From positions 1 through 64,000 of the forward strand of contig CAUPSL010001504.1 in the NCBI GenBank assembly GCA_963514005.1: a DNA stretch of 64,000 nucleotides, read 5' to 3'. Shown one piece after another: positions 1-11,684 of the stretch; position 1 is the first letter of the stretch; every line of letters begins with the position of its first letter. A program made the translations under genes and the position numbers. Below the pieces are notes generated by a model. The model saw nothing but the letters and a program-made list of their open reading frames with translations. It did not search any database and was not told the DNA's origin. Origin of the DNA: Raja brachyura (taxonomy: Eukaryota).

Positions 1-385
1 CCCACCCACACACACTCCCACCCACACACCACCCCCACGTGTGGGTGGGGGGAGACTGGGAACGTCGCCTATTCCTTCGCTCCATAGATGCTGCCTCACC
101 CGCTGAGTTTCTCCTGCATTTTTGTCTACTCTGAATGAATTGATATCACACCGGTAACATTTAAATATCAAAGGGTGTCGGGGGTGATGGGGAGAAGGCA
201 GGAGAATGGAGCTAGGAGGGAGAGCCATGGTTGAATGGTGCAGTAGGCTTGATGGGCCGAATGGCCTAATTCTGCTCCTATCACTTAAGATCTTCTGAAA
301 GCAAATCACAAAACACGGATCAGTCAGCGCCCCTGGTAGGTGGAACATGGGCGGCAAATGGCCAGGATTCAGGGAGCATCAACAT

Positions 386-2140
386 GGAAACATAGACAAC
401 AGGTGCAGGAGTGGAGCATTCGGCCCATCGAGCCAGCACCGCCATTCAATGTGATCATGGCTGATCATCCCCAATCAGTACCCCGTTCCTGCCTTCTAGA
501 ATCATAGAAACATAGACAACAGGAACAGGAGTAGGCCATTCGGCCCTTCGAGCCTGCACCGCCATTCAATGTGATCACGGCTGATCATCCAACTCAGTAT
601 CCCGCACCTGCCTTCTCTCCATATCCCCTAACCCCTTTAGCCACAAGGGCCACATCTAACTCTCTCTTAAATATACACAATGAACTGGCCTCAACTACCC
701 TCTGTGGCAGAGAATTCCACAGATTCACCACTCTCTGTGCGAAAAAAGGTCTTCTCATCTCGGTCCTAAAAGACTTCCCCCTTATCCTTAAACTGTGACC
801 CCTTGTCCTGGACTTCCCCAACATCGGGAACAATCTTACTGCATCTAGCTTGTCCAACCCCTTAAGAATCTTGTAAGCCTCTATAAGATCCCCCCTCAAT
901 CTCCTAAATTCCAGCGAGTACAAGCCGAGTCTATCCAGTCTTTCTTCATATGGAAGTCCTGCCATCCCAGGAATCAGTCTGGTGAACCTTCTCTGCACTC
1001 CCTCTATGGCAAGAATGTCTTTCCTCAGATTAGGAGACCAAAACTGTACGCAATACTCCAGGTGTGGTCTCACCAAGACCCTGTTTCTCCCCATATCCCT
1101 TGATTCCTTTAGCCCTAAGGGCTCTCCCAAACTCTCTCTTGAAAACAGTGAATTGGCCTCCACTGCCGTCTGTGGCAGAGAAGTCCACAGATTCACAACT
1201 CTCTGGGTGAAAAGGCTTTTCCTCATCTCAGTCCCAAATGGCCGACCCCTTATTCTTAAACTGTGTTCTGGACTCCCCGAACATCGCAAGTTTTTTCCTG
1301 CATCAAACTGTCAAATCCTTTAAGAATTTGACATGTTTCTATAAGATCTCCTCTCATCCTTCTAAATTCCAGAGTATACAAGCCCAGCCGCTCCATTCTT
1401 TCAACACATGGCAGTCCCGCCATCCCGGAAATTAACCTGGTGAACCTACGCTGCACTCCCTCAATAGCAAGAATGTCCTTCCTCAAATTAGCAGATCAAA
1501 ACTGCACACAATACTCCAGGTGTGATCTCACCAGGGCTCTGTACAACTGCAGTAGCCTGAAGAAGGGTCTCGACCCGAAATGTCACCCAACCCTTCTCTC
1601 CAGAGATGCTGCCTGTCCCGTTAAGTTACTCCAGCTTTTTGTGTCTATCTGCAGTAGGATCTCCTTGCTCCTAAACTCAAACCCTCTCGCAATGAAGGCC
1701 AGCATGCCATTGGCTTTCTTCACTGCCTGCTGTACCTGCATGTTTACGTTCAGTGACTGATGTACAAGGACCCCCAGATCTCGTTCCACCTCCTCTTTTC
1801 CTAATCTGCATTCCTGTTTTTGTCACCAAAGTGGATAACCTCACATTTACCCACATTATACTGCATCTGCCATGCATCCGCCCACTCACCCAACCTATCC
1901 AAGTCACCCTGCATCCTCATAGCATCCTCCTCACGTTCACGCTGCCACCCAGCTTTGTGTCATCTGCAAACTTGGAGAGGTCATATTTAATCTCATCTAA
2001 ATCGTTAATATATATTGTAAACAACTGGGGTCCCAGCACCGAGCCTTGCGGCAGGCACCCCACTAGTCACTGCCTACCATTCTGAAAAGGACCCATTAAT
2101 ACCTACTCTTTGCTTCCTGTCTGCCAACCAGTTCTCTTTC
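386..2140 (-). mobile_element. Stacked 5'-truncated CR1 (HER1-like) LINE fragments
   Basis: Minus-strand ORFs encode the CR1 RT C-terminus (RPHLEYCVQFWSP...LEFRRLRGDLIE...NLWNSLP), with CR1 3' UTR and (CTATGTTT)n-type tails. A Penelope end interrupts it at ~1556-1650. Confidence 0.9.
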
Positions 2141-2193
2141 CAAATGCGCTGCTATAACATCTTTAATAATCGACTCCAGCATCTTCCACACTA

Positions 2194-2675
2194 CCGGAGA
2201 TTTACTCGAATGTTGCCTGGGTTCCAGCAACTAAGTTACAGAGAAAGGTTGAACAAGTTAGGTCTTTATTCTTTGGAGCGCAGAAGGTTAAGGGGGGACT
2301 TGATTGAGGTCTTTAAAATGATGAAAGGGATAGACAGAGTTGACGTGGATAAGCTTTTCCCATTGAGGGTAGGGAAGATTCAAACAAGAGGGCATGACAT
2401 GAGAATTAAGGGACAGAGGTTTAGGGGGAACATGAGGGGGAACTTCTTTACTCAGAGAGTGGTGGCTGTGTGGAATGATCTTCCAGCAGAAGTGGTGGAG
2501 GCAGGATCGATTTTAACATTTAAAAGTAAAGTGGATAGGTATATGGACGGGAAGGGAATGGAGGGGTATGGTCTGAGTGCAGGTAGATGGGACTAGGGGA
2601 AAATAAATGGTTGGCACGGACTGGAAGGGCTGAGAGGGCCTGTTTCCGTGCTGTCATTGTTATATGGGTATATGT
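2194..2675 (+). mobile_element. CR1 3' fragment (second subfamily) inserted into a minus-strand CR1
   Basis: ORF 2144-2596 reads RRFTRMLPG...LERRRLRGDLIEVFK and closely matches 14995-15400. Confidence 0.85.
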
Positions 2676-3590
2676 TACCAATGTAAGGTTAACTGGTCTA
2701 TAATTCCCCGTTTTATCTCTCCCTCCTTTCTTAAAAAGGGGGATTGCATTTGGCTACATTCAGGGAATGTTGTGGGGCAGAGGTCGAGGTTTATTGTGTA
2801 GGAAGGAACTGCAGATGCTGGTTCACAATGAAGATAGACACAGAGTGCTGGAGTAACTCAGCGGGACAGGCAGCATCTCTGGAGAGAAGGAATGGGTCAC
2901 GTTTTGGGTCGAGACCCTTCTTCAGAATACTATTATGCCATCCAAACAGATCAGTCAAACACAATCAGGTGGAACTCAAGTGGAACATGTGGATGGAAGG
3001 ATACCGTTTAGTTCAGACACACAGAACACAAACAGGCCCTTCGGCCCACTGACCAGCGATCACCCGATCACACAAGTTCTGTTATTCCACTTTCACATGC
3101 ACTCCCAGCAAATGCACGATAGGCCGAAGGGCCTTATTCGGTGCTGTTCACCTCTTGACAGGAATAACCCCCAATGATCCGCCACTGAAACTCGGACAGC
3201 CCCGGTCCTTGATCCCATCGGCCCCTGTAATGTTGATCCTCCCCGATACACCATTGCTCCCCTCCCCCCCCCACCCATCCCCCTCATCGTATTTCCCCCA
3301 CCCCCTCCTGCCCCCCTCGCCATCCCGCAAGAAAGGACTGCAGATGCCGGTTAAAACCAAAGGTAGATACAAAATGCTGGAGTAACTCAGCGGGTGAGGC
3401 AGCATCTCTGGAGAGAGGGAATGGGCGACGTTTCGGTTTGAGACCATTCTTCCCCTCGCCATCTCTCCTGCCCCCCCTCCCCCAAATGTCCCGCCACCCT
3501 TCCCCCCTCTTTCCCCCACCAGCTTCCTCCCTGTCCCCCTCGATCCATCTTGTCTGCCGTGCCCCCCCTCCTGCCCCCCCCCCCCCTCAC

Positions 3591-3662
3591 CTCGGCACCA
3601 CTGAGGAATGGGTGACCGGAGTCACTGATGGTGAGGAAGGTGTCGCCGCCGCCACCGGGGAA
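3591..3662 (-). CDS. TOX4: TOX4 (TOX HMG-box family member 4) coding exon 2
   Basis: 72-nt exon between a ctgcag acceptor and a gtgagg donor. It translates [24 protein letters not shown], matching the recalled TOX4 N-terminus (ME)[23 protein letters not shown]. The rest of the gene lies to the left of the window. Confidence 0.9.
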
Positions 3663-4059
3663 CTGCAGGGAGAGACAGAGAGAGAGGGGGGGGTGAGGGA
3701 ATGGCCTGATACTAGCCCACCCAGTACAGCACAGGGCCCAGTGATCACGTGTGTGTGTGGGGGGGGGGGGGGTTCAGCGTCCATCCCACCCCCAATCATG
3801 TTCATAAGTGACAGGAGTGGAATGAGGCCATTCGGCCCATCACCTCTGATCCACCTCTCCCTCCTAACCCCATCCCCCTGACCCCTGACCCCTGGGATCC
3901 CACAGGGCAGCCAATCCCAGCCCGCCCTGCTGTCGGAGCTCCCGGGATCCACTGACCCCCCCCAGTCTGTCCAATCACAGCTCCCCCCCCCCCCGGGATC
4001 TTGCTGCCTGCGCCGGAGAGTGACGGGAGATCCCCGGGATCCACTGAGCCCCCCCGGGA

Positions 4060-4470
4060 TCTTGCTGTTGCTGTTGCTGTGCGGGGCCCGGGCAGCGGGG
4101 AGCGGGGGTAACGCGGGGGTAACGCGGGGCCGGGGCAAGGCCGGGCCGGGGGGATCCTCGGGCCTCACCTCCATCGCCGGGCCCGGCCTCGGCCGCCAGG
4201 CGCCCCCGACAAAGATGGCGGCCATTGCCGGCGGAAGCGGAAGTCCCTCAGCTGCCCCGCACAAAGATGGTGGTGGCCCGGAAGTGAGAGCGGGGCTGCG
4301 GATAATCGCGACACAAGGTCCCGGCGGCAGTGACGCCCCCCCCCCATCCCTGCCCTTGCTGCCAGCAACAGGTGGCGGCGGGGGCGTCCGGTCTCCAGCT
4401 CTTCCCCCTGGCCCGAGGGACGGTTCCTTCCCGAGGCCCCGTCGCCGTTTGTGCCCCGTCCGCGGCCGCC
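4060..4470 (-). promoter_or_regulatory. TOX4: TOX4 CpG-island promoter / 5' UTR
   Basis: CpG-rich. Contains a YY1-type aagatggcggc (~4213) and ETS-type cggaagt sites (~4238, ~4279) directly upstream of the ATG. Confidence 0.8.
4169..4174 (-). CDS. TOX4: TOX4 coding exon 1 (Met-Glu only)
   Basis: Minus strand reads gcgATGGAG|gtgagg. Phase 0 joins exon 2 to give MEFPGG, the TOX4 start. Confidence 0.85.
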
Positions 4471-4765
4471 CCGCAACAAGATGGCCGCCACTCCCTCCCC
4501 GCGCCCCGCAACAAGATGGCCGCCCCTCCCTCCCCGCGCCCCGCAACAAGATGGCCGCCCCTCCCTCCCCGAGCCCCGCAACAAGATGGCCGCCCCTCCC
4601 CGCGCCCCGAAACAAGATGGCCGCCCTCTCCCTCCCCGCGCCCCGCAACAAGATGGCCGCCCTCTCCCTCCCCGCGCCCCGCAACAAGATGGCCGCCCCT
4701 CCCCGCGCCCCGCAACAAGATGGCCGCGCCCTCCCCGCGCCCCGCAACAAAATGGCCGCCCCCAC
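4465..4765 (+). repeat. Tandem ~32-36 bp repeat carrying YY1-like (caagatggccgcc) and GC-box motifs, ~9 copies
   Basis: Repeated unit ccccgcgccccgcaacaagatggccgccc(c)tccc. Confidence 0.9.
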
Positions 4766-4959
4766 CAAGCAAGATTTAAAGCAAAGACACTAGAGAACTT
4801 GCCACCAATCAGTACTAGGGAGAGGCACAAGATGCTGGAGTAACTCCGTGGGACAGGCAGTATCTCTGGATAGAAGTGATGGTGACATTTGGGGTCGAGA
4901 CTGTCAGGGGAGAGGCAGAGATAGAGCAGGGCTGCCAACATTGGGTGAGACCGAGCCCG

Positions 4960-5420
4960 AGGGAGCGGAGTGACCCGAGGCGGGGAGGGAGGGGCGGACA
5001 TCTTGTTGCGGGGCGTGGGGAGGGAGGGGCGGACATCTTGTTGCGGGGCGTGGGGAGGGAGGGGCGGACATCTTGTTGCGGGGCGTGGGGAGGGAGGGAG
5101 GGGCGGACATCTTGTTGCGGGGCGTGGGGAGGGAGGGAGGGGCGGACATCTTGTTGCGGGGCGAGGGAGCGGAGTGACCCGAGGCGGGGAGGGAGGGGCG
5201 GACATCTTGTTGCGGGGCGGGGGGAGGGAGGGAGAGGGCGGACATCTTGTTGCGGGGCGCGGGGAGGGAGGGAGGGGCGGACATCTTGTTGCGGGGCGGG
5301 GGAGCGGAGTGACCCGAGGCGGGGAGGGAGGGGCGGACATCTTGTTGCGGGGCGCGGGGAGGGAGGGAGGGGCGGACATCTTGTTGCGGGGCGGGGGAGC
5401 GGAGTGACCCGAGGCGGGGA
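4960..5420 (-). repeat. Inverted variant of the same repeat (caagatgTccgcc), ~10 copies
   Basis: Plus strand ggcggacatcttgttgcggggc is the reverse complement of gccccgcaacaagatgtccgcc. Confidence 0.9.
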
Positions 5421-5488
5421 GGGTGTGGGATGTCCCCCCTCCCATTGGTACCGAGCTTTTGCATTTCTCAGCTTGAAATTGTGCAATT

Positions 5489-5967
5489 ACCAGACTGATT
5501 CCTGGGATGTCAGGACTTTCATATGAACAAAGACTGGATAGACTCGGCTTGTACTCGATGGAATTTAGAAGATTGAGGGGGGATCTTATAGAAACCTACA
5601 AAATTCTTAAGGGGTTGGACAGGCTAGATGCTGGAAGATTGTTCCCGATGTTGGGGGAGTCCAGAACAAGGGGTCACAGTCTAAGGATAAGGGGGAATTC
5701 CTTTAGGACCGAGATGAGGAAAACATTTTTCACACAGAGAGTGGTGAGTCTCTGGAATTCTCTGCCACAGAAGGTAGTTGAGGCCAGTTCATTGGCTATA
5801 TTTAAGAGGGCGTTAGATGTGGCCCTTGTGGCTAAAGGGATCAGGGGGTATGGAGAGAAGGCAGGTACGGGATACTGAGTTGGATGATCAGCCATGATCA
5901 CATTGAATGGCGGTGCAGGCTCGAAGGGCCTACTCCTGCACCTATTTTCTATGTTTCTATGTTTCTA
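5489..5967 (+). mobile_element. 5'-truncated young CR1 (~480 bp)
   Basis: ORF 5507-5878 is almost identical to the end of ORF 11669-13939 and is followed by the CR1 tail. Confidence 0.92.
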
Positions 5968-7327
5968 ATCTGGTGCATACTGTAGCGAGTCTATAACTTA
6001 CACTTGAATGCAATATTTATGCTTTAAATTTGATTAGCTATGAATAAGGTTAGGTTAAATTACATTCCACAGTAAAGTCCAGGCTCTGATCCATACATGC
6101 AGCACATGAATGATCTTAGTATATTCATGTATGGAAATCAGATTATAATCAAACACTTGGCCCATGTTGACCAACCTGGGTCTCACTGCACACCTGGTAC
6201 TACACCTGGCCCTGACTCCAGTTACATACCTTCACTCATTCCTGACCCTGAGTCCAGCCTTACACCTGGCCCCCTATTCTACCCTGATCATAGCTGCTTA
6301 CCTGCTTAGGTTCCCAGTGCTGAACACTCCCAATGTCCCAGCTTTGACTGCACACCTAGTACTATTCCAGACATTGACTCTGGATGCACACTTGGCCTTG
6401 CTCCTAGCCCCTCTGCACTGACAATATATCTGGCCCACACATAAAGCCCCATATCTGACCCCCTGGACTTAACCTATTACGTTCAAGTCCACAGGTGCTT
6501 ATCTAAGGCGGTCATCTTTTATGGGGCACTTTAATTGTATAACAAAATTTGCTACATTAATTGGCTTCCTTGTTATCTAACATGCTTGTTACTTTGTCAA
6601 AGAAGTCATCAATTGGTTGAACACAATTTTTCATCCATAAAATGATACTCACTCAGCTGTATAAGTATTCTGTTACCATTTCCTTCATTTTCCTAACAAT
6701 CTGTCCTGAAGTCATTTTCACCCCCAATATTTTCAGTATTTTGCTGTCTTCCTCTCAGCTGGGACTTTTCCGAAATGCAAAGTCCAATAACTATATATTT
6801 AAGCAATATTATTCTATTAAATGTGATCTTGAGAGTACATCATATTTTCTGTGGTATTCATAGCACAACAATGATAAAAAGATCACTCCTTTAAAATATG
6901 CCCCTTCTTTGAACAAGCTCTTAAACATCGCATCTGAATCAATTTCCATCTGATTACACTCCTTGAGGATGTTCATCTGCGTGTTCAATTAACAAAACAA
7001 TGAGATTGGGGACCATCCTGACGTGGGGATTTCGATCGCCCCAACGAGGGAGCTTCGACTGCCGTCTGTGGGCGCTTTGATCTCCCCGACGGATGGTTCG
7101 ACTGCCTGACTGTGGGAGAAAAATGAGGGAATCAGATTAGATTTTATTGCCTTCCATCACATTGAGGAACGTGGGGAATCCGCTGTGGTGGATGTTTATG
7201 TCAACTTTTATGTAGTTCTTGGTTTCTTGGTCCAATATATTTCAAATGGAATTTAAACTAGTTGTACGTCTGATTGCTTTTTTTTTTTAGTTTGGCTGTA
7301 TGGTAATACGAATATCACTGTACCTTA

Positions 7328-7578
7328 AGGGCCTGTCCCACTTGCCGATTTTTCCCGGCAACTGCCGGCGTCATATCACTGTCGCCAAAAGATTTTGAAC
7401 ATTTCAAAATCCAGCTGCGACAAAAAAAAATTGCGACACTTGAAAAAACACCGCGCGTCGATACGCCATCACGCCCCGTCACCGCCGCATCACACGGCAG
7501 ATTTTTCGGTGACCTGGTACGAATGTCAGTTAATGATACCAGCAGTCACGATAGAAATCGCCAAGTGGGACTGGCCCT
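7328..7578. mobile_element. PIF/Harbinger-type MITE
   Basis: TIRs agggcctgtcccacttg / caagtgggactggccct, flanked by TTA on both sides (7325-7327, 7579-7581). Confidence 0.85.
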
Positions 7579-7659
7579 TTAATCGGTACACGTGACAATA
7601 AAAGTCCTTTGAAACCTTGAGATTAACTTTTTGGGAATCCAGCACCAGCTCCCAAGTCA

Positions 7660-8440
7660 ATTTGCACCCTCCGATTTCTGGATTCTCTCCCCATTTAGAA
7701 AATAGCCCGCGCCTTTATTCCTGCGACCAAAATGCACGACTCCACACTTTGCTCCACTATATTCCATCTGCCCACTCTCCCAACCTGTCCAAGTCTTTCT
7801 GCAGAGTCCCTGCTTTCTCTACACTGCCTGCCCCTCCACCTATTTTCAATCCCCTCGTCCAAATCATGAATATACAACGTGAAGAGTGGCGGCCCCAACA
7901 CCGACCCCTGCGGAACGCCACTCGTCACTGGCAGCCGACCCGAAACCCCCCTTTATTGCCACTCTTTGCCTTCTGCCACCCAGCCACCCTGCTGTTCATG
8001 CAGTAGCTGCCCGCCGATACCATGGGCTCTCATCTTCCTCAGCAGCCTCACGTGGGGCACCTTAGCAAAGGCTTTCTGAAAATCTAAATAAACAACATCT
8101 ACTGACTCAACTTTGTCTGTCCTGCTATTCACTTCTTCAAAGAATTCCAGCAAATTTGCCAAGCGAGACGTCCCCTTCACCAAGCCATGCTAACTTCTGC
8201 CTATTTTAATGTGAATTTCTAAGTATGTAACCTCATCCTTTATAATTGGCTCTAAAATTACCGGCCAGACTTTACTTACAAGCCTAGTGTTTGCACTATT
8301 CTGCCTTGCCCCCTGCTTGTGCAACGGGGTAACATTGGGAATTTTCCAATCATATGCGACCACTCCTGACTCTAGTGATTCTTGAAATATCGCTATCAAT
8401 CCCCCCACAATCTCCAAAGCCACCTCTTTCACAACCCTCG
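7660..8440 (-). mobile_element. Degenerate CR1 RT fragment
   Basis: Minus-strand ORFs [11 protein letters not shown] and [12 protein letters not shown], with frameshifts. Confidence 0.85.
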
Positions 8441-8574
8441 GTGGACCAGGTGACTTTCCCACCTACACCGGGTGGTGCCTCGATGGCAGCCTCGCCTGCA
8501 GTCGGTCTGTCCTTTTTGTTTTTATTTTTAGTGTGTTTAAAATGTTTGTGTTAATTTTCTCTGTTTTTTTTAAT

Positions 8575-8835
8575 GTGGGGGGTTGGCGGGGGATGGGGGG
8601 GGTTGGCGGGGGGTGGGGGGGGGTTGGCGGGGCGGGGGGGGTTGGCGGGGCGGGGGGGGGTTGGCGGGGGGGTGGGGGGGGGTTGGCGGGGTGTGGGGGG
8701 GGGGTTGGCAGGGGGTGGGGGGGGGTGGGGGGGGGTTGGCGGGGGTGTGGGGGGTTGGCGGGGGGTGGTTGGGGGGGGTTGGCGGGGGTGTGGGGGGTTG
8801 GCGGGGGGTGGGGGGGTTGGCGGGGGGGGGGGGAG
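8575..8835 (+). repeat. G-rich simple repeat (ggggttggcggg-like)
   Basis: Visible directly in the sequence. Confidence 0.9.
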
Positions 8836-9120
8836 GGATCGGGGGAAACATTTTTTCAGTCTCTTACCTTGCCGGAGATGCGATGGTTTTCCGGATCGTA
8901 TCTCCGGTCGCTCTGCAGCTCTGAACATTAATATTCCTCCATCTGTTATTTACACTTTATTCATTTATTCATTCATGTGTGTATTTACGTATATAATTGT
9001 AGTCAATGCCTACTATGTTCTGTTGTGCTGAAGCAAAGAAAGATTTTCATTGTCCTGTCAGGGACACATGACAATAAACTCTTTTGACTTTGACTTGAGT
9101 TTAACATCATGGAACTGGAG

Positions 9121-9595
9121 GCGGGATGGCGGGACTGTCATACGCTGAGAGAATGGAGCGGCTGGGCTTGCACACTCTGGAGTTTAGAAGGATGAGAGGT
9201 TATCTCATTGAAGCATATAAGATTGTTAAGGGCTTGGACACGCTAGAGGCAGGAAACATGTTCCCGATGTTGGGGGAGTCCAGATCCAGGGGCCACAGTT
9301 TAAGAATAAGGGGTCGGCCATTTAGAACGGAGACGAGGAAACACTTTTTCTCACAGAGAGTTGTGAGTCTGTGGAATTCTCTGCCTCAGAGGGCGGTGGA
9401 GGCCGGTTCTCTGGATGATTTCAAGAGAGAGCTAGATAAGGCTCTTAAAAATAGCGGAGTCAGGGGATATGGGGAGAAGGCAGGAATGGGGAACTGATTG
9501 TGGATGATCAGCCATGATCACTTTTAATGGCGGTGCTGGCTCGAAGGGCCGAATGGCCTACTCCTGCACCTATTGTCTATTGTCTATTGTCTATC
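9121..9595 (+). mobile_element. 5'-truncated CR1
   Basis: ORF 9126-9497 is the CR1 C-terminus, followed by a (tattgtc)n tail. Confidence 0.9.
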
Positions 9596-10069
9596 CCCAC
9601 ATCAGTCTGAAGAAGAGTCTCGACCCGAAATGTTGCCTACTTCCTTCGCTCCATAGATGCTGCCTCACCTGCTGAGTTTCTCCAGCTTTTTGTCTACCTT
9701 CAACTACAGTCATCAGGGTGGATCTCTATGATCAGATCAAGCAATCACTGAATAAGTTGCTGGTGGGAGTCTCTCAGCTCTGTCAGAACGTAAAATGCAG
9801 GTGTACGTACGTCTGGACAGCTCGCTTCCGTTACTTAATCAGTGTGATCACGATCGATGACAATCGCCTGTACTTTGAGCCCGTTTCTAAACGCGGCAAA
9901 TTTACCGAACTGCGGAGTGGGTCTTCATTGTCCATTGGTTTTTATTTTGGGCAGGCCATTTAGAACGGAGACGAGGAAACACTATTTCACACAGAAAGTT
10001 GTGAGTGTGGAATTCTCTGCCTCAGAGGGCGGTGGAGGCCGGTTCTCTGGATGCCTTCAAGAGAGAGTT

Positions 10070-10660
10070 AGAAACATAGAAATTAGGTGCAGGAGTAAAG
10101 GCCATTCGGCCCTTCGAGTCTGCACCGCTATTCAATATGATCATGGCTGATCATCCAACTCAGTATCCTGTACCTGCCTTCTCTCCATACCCTCTGATCC
10201 CCTTAGCCCCAGGGGCCACATCTAACTCCCTCTTAAATATAGCCAACGAACTGGCCTCAACTACCTTCTGTGGAAGAGAATTCCACAGATTCACCACTCT
10301 CTGTGTGAAGAAAGATTTTCTCATCTCGGTCTTAAAAGACTTCCCCCTTATCCTTAAACAGTGACCCCTTGTCCTGGACTTCCCCAACATCGGGAACAAT
10401 CTTCCTGCATCTAGCCTGTCCAACCCCTTAAGAATTTTGTAAGTCTGTATGAGATCCCCTCTCAATCTTCTAAATTCCAGCGAGTACAAGCCAAGTCTAT
10501 CCAGTCTTTCTTCATATGGAAGTCCTGCCATCCCAGGAATCAGTCTGGTGAACCTTCTCTGTACTCCCTCTATGGCAAGAATGTCTTTCCTCAGATTAGG
10601 AGACCAAAACTGTACGCAATACTCCAGGTGTGGCCTCACCAAGACCCTGTACAACTGCAG
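10070..10660 (-). mobile_element. CR1 3' fragment nested in a plus-strand CR1 end (9951-10755)
   Basis: ORF 10160-10654; the host CR1 resumes at 10661. Confidence 0.88.
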
Positions 10661-11684
10661 TTAGATAGGGCTCTTAAAGATAGCAGAATCAGGATATGAG
10701 GAGAAGGCAGGAATGGGGTACTGATTGGGGATGATCAGCCATGATCACATTGAATACATAGAGGTATCGACCAGAGAAGGGGCAGTGCTGGACCTCCTGT
10801 TAGCAAATGAGGCAGGTCAGTTGACGGAGGTATGCGTTGGTGAGCACTTCGGGAACAGTGATCACAATACCATTAGTTTCAATATAATTATGGAGAGAGT
10901 CAGAACTGGGCCTAGGGTTGAGATTTTTGATTGGAGGAAGGCTAACTTTGAGGGAATGCGTAATGATTTAAAAGGAGTGAATTGGGATATTTTGTTTTAT
11001 GGGAAGGATGTAGAAGAGAAATGGAGGACATTTAAAGGGGGAATTGTAAGAGTACAGAATCTTTATGTCCCTGTTCGGTTGAAAGGAAATAGTAAAAATT
11101 GGAAAGAGCCATGGTTTTCAAGGGAAATTGGACACTTGGTTCGAAAAAAGAGAGATATCTACAATATTTATAGGAGGCATGGAGTAAATGGGGTGCTAGA
11201 TAAGTATAAAGAATAAAAAGAATCTTAAGAAAGAAATTAGAAAGGCTAAAAGAAGATATGAGGTTGCTTTGGCAAGTAAGGTGAAAGTAAATCCAAAGGG
11301 TTTCTACAGCAATATTAATAGCAAAAGGATAACAAGAGTTAAAATTGGACCATTAGAGATCCAGAATGGACAGTTATCTGCAGAGCCAAAAGAGATGGGG
11401 GAGATATTGAACAATTTCTTTTCTTCGGTATTCACCAAGGAGAAGGATATTGAACTCTGTGAGGTAAGGGAAACTAGTAGAGTAGCTATGGAAACTATGA
11501 GATTCAAAGAGGAGGAAGTACTGACACTTTTGAAAAATATAAAAGTGGATAAGTCTCCAGGTCCTGACAGGATATTCCCTAGGACATTGAGGGAAGTTAG
11601 TGTAGAAATAGCAGGGGCTATGACAGAAATATTTCCAATGTCATTAGAACGGGAATAGTGCCGGAGGATTGGCGTACTGCGCAT

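Noticed and set aside
3587-5526. Long GC-rich ORFs on both strands (up to 426 aa)
   Set aside because: They arise from the CpG island and tandem repeats; the real coding signal is the two small TOX4 exons.
6150-6470. Pro/Thr/Ser-rich ORFs as a possible hinge or mucin exon
   Set aside because: Degenerate short repeat with stops and no convincing splice sites or homology.
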